Assembly: GCF_006345805.1 (NCBI RefSeq)
Contig: NC_043000.1
Coordinates: 147,622,001-147,686,000 of the forward strand
Source: Octopus sinensis
Lineage: Eukaryota
Direction of reading: 5' to 3'
Length of the DNA stretch: 64,000 nt
The notes beneath the pieces were generated by a model. It had not been told where the DNA came from and ran no database searches. It saw only the letters and a program-made list of their open reading frames with translations. The position numbers and the translations under genes were made by a program. Of the stretch, positions 14,598 through 26,282 are shown piece after piece (within the stretch, counting starts at the first letter, position 1; each line of letters begins with the position of its first letter).

Positions 14598-15199
14598 TCT
14601 CTGTATATATAAACGGCAAAATGTCTGCGTGTGTGTCCTTTATACAAATCCACAATTTTTCAGTTAGACGGCTCGCACTTTCTATGGTCATTCAAAACCG
14701 TCCAAGGGTGGTCGTGCACATCTTAACATTTCCCCAGTCACCCCGCAAAGCTATTAAAAAAATCAATAGAAGGGACTTTTTTTGTGAATTTTCTATCCAA
14801 AACCCAATCAAAATGCCCGAAACTTGATACACCAATTGAATGCCAGCTAGCTGTATGTGATTGGTCAGAGATTTGGACAGTACTCGCGTGTATATGTGCA
14901 TGCACGCAGCTGTATATGTTTCTTTATTACCCACAAGGGGCTAAACATAGGTGGGGACAAACAAGGACAGACAAACGAATTAAGTCGATTACATCGACCT
15001 CAGTGCGTAACTGGTACTTAATTTATCGACCCCGAAAAGGATGAAAGGCAAAGTCGACCTCGGCAGAATTTGAACTCAGAACGTAATGGCAGATGAAATA
15101 CGGCTACGCATTTCGCCCGGCGTGCTAACGTTTCTGCCAGCTCGCACGCAGCTGTATATACATGCACCATAACCCAGCAACGCCGGGTCATAACGCTAA
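14598..15199 (+). mobile_element. Non-autonomous Helitron carrying a nested SINE
   Basis: A|TC start (TCTCTGTATATATAAA), subterminal hairpin ACCCAGC-AAC-GCCGGGT (15172-15188), CTAA|T end (CTRR), no TSD. Confidence 0.75.
14918..15145 (-). mobile_element. SINE family C (tRNA head + Nin/Deu-like domain)
   Basis: Minus strand GAGTTCAAAT B-box then GGTCGACTTTGCCTTTCATCC...GGGTCGATAAATTAAGTACCAG. TSD gcacgcagctgtatat at 14902-14917 / 15144-15159. Confidence 0.88.
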
Positions 15200-18100
15200 T
15201 CATACATAAAGCATAAATGTGGACAGCAACGTTCCAATATTAACAACAAACAAGATAAAGACAAATATCCGTCAAATGTAAATAATGTACACCATTCCTC
15301 ATCTCTTAAATATAGAACTGAACAACGTTCCAATTTCAGCATTAGAGATTTGGTTGACTGATTAAGCAACTCATTTCCTAACCCTGTTATCCATTTTGAC
15401 CATACCATGCATTTCTACCATAATTAAATTGTGAATTAAATGTAGGTGAGTACTGTGTAGAAGCTCAGCACCCATCAGCCATGGGTGTGTTAGTGGAGCA
15501 GTAGTGGCAGTGGCAGAATTAAACATCAAACAAAAATACCTTGTGATATTTCATCCTCTATTTTAAGACCCTTAAACCATGGGTAACTTTGTCTTTCCTG
15601 TTAGGTGACTGATGAAATAAATTAACAGACCAAATACTGAGTTGGTGTAATCAAACTAAAACCATGAAAGGCAGTGCTGTATCATGGTTTTCAGTTCAGT
15701 CCCACTGAATGGCATCTTGTGCAAGTGACTGCTATAATCCTAATCTGACCAAGGCCTTGTGAGTGAATTTTGTAGAGAGAAACCAAAAGATAGCAGTTAA
15801 GTGTGTGTGTGTGAGCATGTACTTGTGCACGTGTGTCTTAGTCTTCTTGATTTGGTATCATGCGCTAGCTGTAAGTAAATGATACTGACATGCAAATGGT
15901 GCCTTCCATTTCCAGTCTCCTAAGAAAACATCTGGCCGGGTTAAAAATATTACTTGGCTTGCAAACAGCTGAGGGTTATTGGTAGGAAGGGTATCCAGCC
16001 ATAGAAAATCTACTGCAAGGAATTCTGTCTAACCCATGCAAACATAGAAAAACATCAACATTTAATGTCCATTTTCTATGATGGCATGGGTTGGATGCCT
16101 TGAGAGGGATTGGCAAGGCCTGGGGCTACACCAGGTTCCCTAGTCTGTTTTTGCTTGGCTTCTACAGCTAGGTGCTTTTTACATGGCACCTTGGTTTTAG
16201 GGTTTTGGTTATGTTGTGGTGGGTGGGTCTTCTTGAATACAGCAATGTGTCACATATTTTGCTCCTCTGTCATCTTCATATGGCTCAGCATTTTGAGATA
16301 GCCTTCAAATGCTTTGTCCTATGTCTTCCTGGGTTTCCCTCATCCACAACTTCCCTAGGGATACAAGTAAATGCTAAAACAATAATGCTGATGCAATGAT
16401 GATATCTATAGAAAGGTGCAGACTTGGCTGTGTGGATGAAGTTTGTTTCTCAACCACCTGATTTTAGGCTCAGTCCTACTGTGTGACACCTTGGGCAAGT
16501 ATGTTCTACTATAGTTCTGAGTTGACTAAAGCCATATGAGTGGATATGGTAGAAACTGAAAGAAGCCCACCATGTGTGTGTGTGTTTTCATTTTCTCTTG
16601 TGCTCACTGCCTTGTAAACAATAACTTAACAGTGTTATTTGCTTCTACGCCACTCCAAAAGTATGTCCAGACTTCTTGATGTGCCTTCACTTATTGCATG
16701 TCTTCGTCTGATAAGATCCAATATGTCGAAGAACTTCATCAGTTGCCCCTTTCCAACACCAACCACTTTACAGCATGTACTGGGTACCTTTTTTCATGCC
16801 ACCAGCATTGATGAGGTTGCCATGCAGCTTGCAAGACTACAAAACTTGAGTGGATGGAGATGAGGCATTAAAGTATGAGATTAGGAGGCAGAGTAGAATT
16901 GGTTTCTTATTGTAGAAGAGCTACAGGACTACTCACCTTTTAGGTGAGAGTAATTGAATGGAGCTGGAAGGAGATAAAAGTAGTGGTGATGAGGTGTGCA
17001 GGTAACCCTCAAGGAATGAGGTGTGTACAAGTGAATGGTTAACAGAAGAAACTGGAGTGTAGGTGGGTAGAAGTTGCAATAGTGAGAGATGGAAAATGGG
17101 TGAGGAGAGGGGAGTGATGTTAGGTAAGTTGCAGGAGTGTGGGAGGAGAGTGAGCGTCAGGTGGTGGAGTGATCAATATAAAGTATGGGCAGAGAGAAGA
17201 GTATTAATGAATGAAGGATGAATAACAAGTGAAATGGTTTCAGATAGTAAGAAAAATAAGTAGCATCAAGGAAGAACTAATTAGAGAAATGATGGGTGGT
17301 AGGATTAGGTAGGTCTTATCGATAATGGTATATCACAATAATCCTGGGCCTTTGTAATCTCATGAAGGTCCTGAGATCAGCCTTCACCACTTTGTCCCAT
17401 ATCTCCCTGGGTTTTCCTCTTCTGCAAGTCCTCTCTTGCAAATGTTTGGACCAGGTTTTCAGTCTTCGGATAACATTCTTCCTTACACCTCACACCAATT
17501 ACAAAGGCTCTGAAAAAGGATCATTAGTCTTCCTCCTCTGACTAAACCATTAAAAGGAAGGTGCATTCAGGTGTGTGTATGCATAATCATTAATATGATT
17601 TAGTTCAAGCAAAATGGTACTACCCTTATCCTCTACGGACCCTTCTAAGCTTGTAAGGTTACTAAAATTGATATACTTCTAGAAGTCCATGTCTGTAAGG
17701 AAAATATGGGTCGAGTATGAACTCCCTTTAGTGATAAAAGTTTGAATAAAGTTCTTTGAATTGGGTTTATGGTGTGTGATATACTAAGGAGGATGAGTTG
17801 TGGTTTGAGTATGCTTGACTTAAGCTTTAGATCAGACATGGAATATTGTTGTTTGTTTGTGGGTATGTATTGACAAGTAGGAGTTTGTTTATCATGCAGA
17901 TAGCCCCTTTTTTTGCCATCTACAATGTATGTGTACCAGCTGCACTATCACAGATATGTGATCAATACTCCATTGCTTGGAGCATTTTTTTTATCATGTA
18001 GAATGTCAGCAACTGTTAAGATATAAAATAGTTTTCGCTTCTCAAAAAAAGGAGGTCTCTCCTTTAGGATACAGTTTTGGTTATGAAAAGGCATCCAAGT

Positions 18101-19462
18101 TATTAGATGTTTTAGTTTTGTTTTGTTGATGAATGAACAATATTTGTTTGACATGTATGTTTAGCTGCCTTGTTGCTGGTGAATAAATGTGATAGCGTGT
18201 GCAGACGTGTTATATAAAAGCTTAAATATTCTCCTTTCTTCACATTTACCATTTTCTCCTTTTACACTACATTTTCTCTTTTCACAACCTTCTCTGTTAG
18301 TTTACCTAATGTAATGGTTATAGATGAGGTGTTTATGGTGAAGTATAAATTTAATCAGTATAAGGAAAACCTTATCTGACTTTGATTTATATGTGTTTGG
18401 AGAACCATAGCAATAATGGTTCTTATTTTTCAATTTTCAGTAAATTCAGTTAAATCGGAATTGATCAGAAATCTGGCTGTACACCCATTAAACTTAAAGT
18501 CTTCAATAGGGATGCAAGGAAAAAGTATGTTTTTACTTTTTTACCCACTTTCTTTTATTTTCACTTTCTCTTTATTTAACACCTGTGTAGATCTTTTATA
18601 AAAAAAAACACATTATTAAATATAATCAGATAGCAGATTGTCACTCTTTCACAATCAGTTCTATTTTAACCAAATTTATAGTAATGAATGATTTAGATGC
18701 ATTTTTATTTATTTAGTATATGCCAGGAGGTTATGGAGAAAATAAGAAAGTAAAAAAATAAGCAAGTAATGAAATGGAAAAAAATTCTGTTCCAATTATT
18801 GGTTTTATTTAAGTTCTTTTTTTCAGCCTTTTCAAAACTAAATAGATAGATAAGCAATAAAACATATGTGGATAAAGTGGACAAAAACCTGATGAAATGA
18901 ACACGTGTGTTGATGAAGATTATCTCATATTTTCAGTTGAGTAAAGAATCAGTACGAGAAAATTTTGAATTACAAATACCTCTATGGATGTTGTGAACTA
19001 GATGTGGGGTTGATAAAATTGATAATCAGCTTGAACCTCTACAAATCCATGTCTAATGAAAATATGGGCAGAGGATGAACTTCCCTCTGGTGATAAAAGT
19101 TTGGATTATATGCTGCAGATTGCTTTGAGGTTAGGAATGTACTAGTGGTTGAAAACTTAAATGATATCAAATAATGATCTTTGTTATTGAGATTTTGTTA
19201 ATTAGGCTCAAAAGGGGTAGGGGGGAAGGGTTTGAAACTAATAATGTAGCCCGAGCAAATTGTTTACAAGATGGGAGGTTTTGCTGTTTACTGAAAAGTT
19301 TAGATCAATATCTTGGATCCGTGTAAGGATGTGACATAATAGTTCTACAAGAGATACAATTCCTGTGACCAAACAGCAAGTTGTTGATTGCTTTTCCATT
19401 CAATCCTTCATATCTGGTACATAGGCTAGCTATTGAATGTTAAAAATTATTTGTGAATTTAA

Positions 19463-19683
19463 CCCTTTAGTGTTTAAGCTGGCCAAATCCGGCCCAATAT
19501 ATTCTACATGTTTTATATTCAAACTGGCGATGTCTAGCCTCTCACACCTAACCTACAATGCCATTCTAAAAATAAGTAATCACATCATTGAAACCTCAAA
19601 GCTGTAAGATGATCCAGGATTAATTCAAAACAATTTGAGTGAAAAAGTATTACATTTAACAGAGTAATCTGAACACTAAAGGG
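19463..19683. mobile_element. piggyBac-type MITE family 1
   Basis: TTAA|CCCTTTAGTGTT ... AACACTAAAGGG|TTAA. Related copies at 48909-49084 and 63821 to window end. Confidence 0.85.
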
Positions 19684-22600
19684 TTAAAATAGTGAACAGT
19701 GTGGTATGGGTGCTTGCTGTTACTGATAATTAATGCTTCATAATCAAAAATAAAATGTATTCAATTTATGAAAATGAATTATTAAATGAATTGTCAAAGT
19801 CACTTTACTGAGGAACACTTATAGATAATTAAAACTTAACAAATATTATTTATGGCAATTATCATCCCATCATTCTCTGTTAAATTTACTCTCTTAAAAA
19901 TCAATAGATACATATTTTAAATGTATTTCAAGTACACAAAATGTTTTACATACATCACCACTGGGGTGACCTCAGTTTTTGTTGCTAATAACGATCCCTT
20001 TAGACAGGCACACTCTAATTGTATTTTAAAAAAAAGGCTAACATACATGAATAAATGCATCACTAGATTTGAGTTCAATTGGGAGTGGTGAGGAAATCCG
20101 AGGAGTGGGTGCATGATATAGCTTGCCTGGAGAATGTTCTTTAGACTTGCTCATTTACTGTGAAAGAGTGCTTTTATTTCAGTTGTGCTATAAAGCTAAT
20201 GTTTATTATTTCACACTATATAATTTTTCACACTATTTTCTGCACTGTCATTTAAAACATATTACATCTATTTAAAAAAAAAGTAAAATTATATCCAAAT
20301 TTATCCTCTTAAAATATTCAGAGTATTTTGTTTCAGCACTCATGTTATGCTACCATTTAGATTATTTGATTGAAATAAAAACGAACAAAGATTTATTTGA
20401 TTGGTATTCCACCAGCCTGGAAAGGTACACACACAAATGCCTGAAAATAAGAGTTGTAGGATTCTTGACTAAAATATCTGGAAGAAAGAATAAAAAAAAA
20501 AAAAGTTAAAATAGTTATATTTGTATTATTTTTTAATTTTATTTAATTTTCCTTCAACATCATGAAAACACTTGAAACATCATGAAAATATTACTTGTTT
20601 CCAGAAAAATTAATTTTTACCACCATAAGTCTCTGCTTGCAAGCCATGTACCACTTCAGTCACCATTATCATGATGTTAGCTCTGTGTAATTTTTTTTTG
20701 TGTATCACATTGATAGTCAGATGGCATCATCATGAATATGTCAGGTATATCCTGTCAAATATTTTCTTTTCTTTCTTTTTTTTTTTTTTCATTTCTTTTT
20801 CCAGTCAAAAGAAGGAAGACAGTTTCTTTGGGGCCTTTTAAAGTTGAAGGCTTAATGAATACAGTTCCGAGCTTATAAATATTGGCAAAATGATTAGCAT
20901 ACAGTATAAGTAAAAAATAAAAAAAAATTATTGACTGATGATTGTTATAGGAATAAAGAAATTTTTAGCGGACTCACAAGTGCCATAATAATGAATATAT
21001 TCAAGAAATAGTGAGAGTATGACTTAATAGTGAGCTAGTAAGCTGGAGGCTGCCTCTGGTGGGGGTTTCTTTGTGGAGTTGTTACTTTCTCTTTAGACAC
21101 TGTTTAATATTAGTAATTTGGTATGTCTCCACATTTTCAGGCACAGAAGCAATATTTCATAATTGTAAAGGTTTTATCTCTCAGTTAATGCTCAAGTCAA
21201 ATACATTTTAGCTATGGAAAGGACCTTAGTCTCTTTAGTGCAGTTTTAGTTATGGTGACTTCAAGGATGTGGGTTATAAGACAGCAAGAACTAGATTAGA
21301 GAATAAGTTGAAGATTTTAATCAATGGCTATTGTGTTGGTTATTTGACAGATTTAAATGCAACATGGATTAAATCAAGAAACACCATTAAAACATCAAAT
21401 ATTCTTGGGCCAAGTCCACATGCTTTTTAAAGAAGGAAACAGTCAATTTGCACTGTGATGTGCTGTAGTGTCAAGGATTAAAGAAAAAAGTTCATTTATT
21501 CAACACTTTTATTGGAAGATGTGCCATTTTATTGAAGTTCATCCTATTCATCCTAGTGTTATTAAGTAGATAGTTTAAATGAATAAGTTTGTATGATATG
21601 GCAAGAAGAAGAATCTGACATTTTGGGAATCATCATTCATCTGAGAGAAAAGAAATGCTTCAACTTCCCTATGTTTGGTTACAGCTTATTGATGTGGGTT
21701 ACTGAATGCAGCATTGCTCTTTCATCCTGTAGACAGGCACATTAATGTTTTGACCAATTGCAATTTCCATGGAATAGGACAGTTTACTAGAATTAGTCAG
21801 ACCACATTGAAGAAAACGAAAAAATTGTGTGTTGGATAAAGCTTTATTTTTCACTTTGTTTGCTAAAGAATATGAAAGATTATTGTTTGACCTCACTGGG
21901 AAATGTTGCTTTTGAAGTACTGGAATTATTAGATAGCAAGAATATACTGCCAAGAAGAAAAGTTCAAAAGCAGTGTTGTCCTGATAAAATAGACCTCATG
22001 AATTCTTCAGTTTAATAATTTGAAAAGTGCAATAAAAGTATTTTGGTTTATGTCCATGATGCATCTACTGAATTCAGAAGACTGAGCAGTTAAAATGTAA
22101 GAACATGTATGGAATTTGCTGAGCTGTCATGGATGTGGATATAAAAGAGATTTGGCCTTAAATGGAGTGTAACATATAACCTAACCAAATTTTAGCCAAT
22201 AAAAGTCACAGAGAGTGCACATAGGATATTGGCATCTAAAATGTGGCTAAATGCATTACACTATTTATAATCAATCAGCAGTTGTTCTGAGTCAAAACAT
22301 TTTGGAGTTCTTAAAAGATCCAGATCTTGAAATATTTGCTTTCTTTCAGCATCATCAAGACATAGGAACTAAATACAAAAATAATAGTTCTTTTTTTCCT
22401 TTCTTAATTATTTGATACCATTAAAAGAGTCTTAGGACAAACTGAATTTCTAGTGATGCTGCAAATTTCAGAGTGTTGCCTACCACCAGGAGGACTTGAA
22501 TTCACAACTGCAAGCAAATAAAAAAATACATTCATTCTGCTGCTACATAAGTAGTGATCTGTATATGTGTATAACCTATATTTAAAACAATACAGTATTG

Positions 22601-24929
22601 TATCACTTAGGCTTAATGATTGTGAAGTTAAGGGTGCAAGATATTGACCTCATGGTCTTAGGTTTACCTTCTGATTTGCACCAATTCAATTTATAATGTA
22701 TCCAAACTTAACCAGCATGAAAAAATGGATGTGAAACAGTAGAGAGAACTGAAAGATTACATATTAAAATATTTAAAGGACTATTTGATTCATATAATTG
22801 TATTTCACTTTTTATTTTTCCATTAAAAACAAATTGTTGAAATAATCTTTAAAAGTATTACTTCCAACCAGGATGTAAGTTGCAACTTTCTATCGCTATT
22901 CACATTTGGAAAACGCTAAAAGCAAATGCTTCAATTCAGAGCCCAACGATATTTTGGTCAATGAATAACTTGACATATTTTTCATGGGGAGAAATATAAA
23001 ACTTTCCTCATAGTGCATGAATTAAAACTGATTTTAAATAGTCATAGAAACTCTCACACTCTTGCGTAAAAACAGGTTTTCTTTGTTTAGGAATGAATTC
23101 AAATTTTAGAGCTATTTTTATTATATTTTCCGTGATTATATATTCAAGCACTCATACACCTCATATAGTTAATATATGAAATGCAGAAAGGTGTATGTAT
23201 GTAAGAGAGAGAGAGAATGTAAGTCTTCATGCATGGGCCTTGGTTTGTTTCCATTTAAGCTCTGCACAACCACACTCACATGTTAAGTGTGTGTGTGTAT
23301 GTTTGACTTCATGCCAATCGACATCAAGCACTTATATCATCAAAAGCATTCCAGCCGTGCCCACTTTTTTTAGAAGTGGGATTATCCAGGCTGTTATATA
23401 ATGTACCTTCCTTTTAAATGCGTTTCGTGTACTTTGAGTGAAATTTGGCTGTTACTTCAGAACGATCACTAAGCGGTTCTTCTATCAATGCAGAAACATA
23501 TTTCCCTAAACCGATACGAACAAAGATTAGTCTTATTCATTTTGGCTCAAGTTCTAATAACGAAATTTTATTTCCTCGCCTCTGTTCCATATGATTGCAA
23601 CGATTACCTCCCCTTTTTACAACCCTCTGAATGTGACATACTTTTCGTAACCATTGTTTGTCACGAGTCAGATATGTACTTTTTTTTTATACGAACTATT
23701 TTTACTATAAATATTTCTCATTTTACGAAAACAAATTTTTTGATTAGGAAAAATACATTTATTTATACTCTTTGTATAGGTACTTTTGGTTTGACGAATA
23801 GCAATCGAATTAGGCCTCTGTCAAGGTTCCAACATTTCTAACTTTACTGCATCGCTGTCGAATTCTCTGCTGCTTTAAATAAAGTACATATATATATATA
23901 TAATTATAATCGGGCCTCTTGACTATATTTAAATTTTATTTTTTGGAGGAAAAGACTTAAGTTTGCGTTGATTATAATAAATCTATTGAACAAAGCCACA
24001 ATATTGGGCCTGGACACAGTTTGGTAGCACAAAGTATTAAACGAAAGCAGGCTCAGATGTAGCAGCATTAACGACGACAGCAGTAGGAGTTGGTGGTGGT
24101 AGTAGGTGTAACAGCAGCCGCCGTCGGAGTAGCGGTGGTAGTAGTGTTCGACAAGGAAAGGAGCAGCTGTATTAACAACAGCAGCAGCAGCGGCAGTAGT
24201 ACAGGAGTAGCGGTTGCAGTAGCAGTAGTGTGGTGGCGGTGGTGGTAGTAAGTTTTTCCTCTGAATCTTACGAACACAACACTGTTTAGACGGTCGGTCA
24301 AGTAAACAATTAATTTTTTTTCCTTTATCATACCGCTTGGCTCCATCCGCGAGACCCACACACACAGACCAAATGAACTACCCCACTCACGGACAGGTTA
24401 TGCTGGCCCTGGACTTGCTACCAGAAACGCTAGGTTCTGACCTTTCTGCTAACTTTGACTTCTTTTCCCCCGCTGCTTTCCCCCAGAAACTAATGGATGC
24501 CACTTTCTCGGCCGACTTCGCCCATTGAGACAGAGAAGGAAAATAATAATAATAATAATAATGTACAAATAACCGCGAATTGACGGGAGAGTCGTCGTCG
24601 TCGTCGATTGCATGCAAGTTTTAGACCTAATTATCTATCATTTACTGCTGATTTAATTTGTTTCTTTAAAAATTTACCCTGCGTATTTTGATGATAGAGA
24701 GGAGAAAACAATCTGGTTTTTTTTTTTTTTTTTTTTAATATAGAGTCACGTTGTTAAATTCTGGGCCTTTTATTATTTTTTTTTTGCCCCTAATCAAATA
24801 TATATATCAAATATATAATCAAAAAATCTCTCCTTGTCCTCCCAGCTCGGCATTTACAGGAGTTGTGAGTGTGTGTAAGATTATATATATTGTATTCCAT
24901 TTGGGTGTTACCATCATGTTAGAGTAATA

Positions 24930-25047
24930 ATGGCGCCTAAAAAGTCGACAGTGTCAAACGTTCTTCCGTTTCATGTAGTGGATAAAACGGCTTTATCACC
25001 GGGATATACGCATTGGGACCATCACGATATAATTTATACTAAAAGTG
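24930..25047 (+). CDS. PIAS: Candidate alternative first coding exon of PIAS (MAPKKSTVSNVLPFHVVDKTALSPGYTHWDHHDIIYTKS-G)
   Basis: ATG in good context (ataATGG), 39 open codons, then consensus donor G|GTAAGT in phase 1, matching the phase-1 acceptor at 29282. Lies in a CpG-rich island. Peptide not recognised as SAP. Confidence 0.6.
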
Positions 25048-25175
25048 GTAAGTCTATGGAGGCGATTTGCACCTCTCAGAATTTGTACATTTCATAAAAA
25101 CTAATGATGAAGCTGCTGCATTGTTTGAGGTATATGAGGTAGTAAGAAGAAGAAAACTTAATCCTGCTTTTAAAA

Positions 25176-25210
<35 letters not shown>

Positions 25211-25389
25211 AACACAGCAACACAGCTCACATATATATATATATATCTATATATATCTTTTTCTCTCTCTCCGGTGGGTGCTTTTTGCTGCGATGGACAT
25301 TTCTTGTTCAGTTTGTGAATATCAAAGTCTCAAGTCTCTCACTCTTGCTGGAGAATATATATAGCTTTACTACAAATATATATAATGGG

Positions 25390-25542
25390 GGCCTTTTATA
25401 TATATATATGTGTATGTATATATATATGTGTATGTATATATATATGTGTATGTATATATATGTGTATGTATATATATATGTATGTATATATATCTATGTA
25501 TATATATATATCTGTATGTATATATATATCTATGTATATATG

Positions 25543-25586
<44 letters not shown>

Positions 25587-25610
25587 CGTGTGTGTATATA
25601 TATGTATATG
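25390..25610. repeat. Compound (TA)n/(TATG)n microsatellite
   Basis: Directly visible; source of the YIYI ORF artefacts. Confidence 0.95.
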
Positions 25611-26112
25611 TAGGTCCCGGGTTGAGTCGGGGTTAACCACAGTAAATAAGGTACTCAATACATTTGCAGAGTAACGTAATTTATTTTATAGAAGGAGCCT
25701 TCTACAAGGACTAGAAGAACTGTTCCATTCGGATTAGAAGCTCCTTCTATAAAATAAATATACATATATATATTATATAGGTTGCTGGCTTTTCGATTAA
25801 CAATAACAACGCTGTTAATGGATTATCTTCGTCGTCCAGAAACGGCCTCCAGAGAAACTAACTAAAAAGAAATCCCTTAGGTTTAGAGAACGAACACAAA
25901 TATTGCTTCTTTATTTATTCCTTGTTGGGGAAATAAAAAAAAAAAAAGGTTAGTGTTGTTGTTGGCTGACGTTGTTATTATAAAGAAAAGCTAACCAAGA
26001 CGAACTACTAAAGAAAGAGATTTCATTCCTGATCAGATGAAAAAAATATTTCTTAACACTGCTATTTTCTGCTAGTATGCAAAAGCGACTGTTTATAAAA
26101 ACTTGAGCAAAT

Positions 26113-26282
26113 TATATATATAGATATAGGTATATATATGTATATTGGTATATGTATATAGGTATATATATATATATATAGGTATATATATATATATATA
26201 TAGGTATATATGTATATAGGTATATATGTATATAGGTATATATGTATATAGGTATGTATGTATATAGGTATATATATATATA
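26113..26282. repeat. Minisatellite of ~16-20 nt GGTATATATGTATATA units
   Basis: Repeated AGGTATATA... units with variable TA count. Confidence 0.9.

Noticed and set aside
16671-16750. Minus-strand CTGATGAAGTTCTTCGACA, a possible decayed hammerhead
   Set aside because: GAAA core and closing stems could not be established.
1-23400. Search for PIAS SAP-domain exons or another gene
   Set aside because: No RVSELQ/LLG..GR.K.GRK-like coding stretch or convincing exon found by eye. Small exons could have been missed.
23488-23841. 117-aa ATG ORF
   Set aside because: Phe/Ile-rich composition typical of AT-rich noncoding DNA, with no recognisable motif or splice context.
23904-24365. 153-aa and 97-aa minus-strand ORFs
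   Set aside because: Open because of CAG/TAG/GGT triplet tracts, with non-ATG starts and no domain.
25067-25674. ORFs of 67-129 aa rich in Y/I/C/V/M
   Set aside because: Translations of (TA)n/(TG)n microsatellite. The same applies at 39489-39818, 41138-41399 and 59899-60209.
26113-26282. Regularly spaced repeats, considered as a CRISPR-like array
   Set aside because: No unique spacers; it is a TA-derived minisatellite in eukaryotic DNA.
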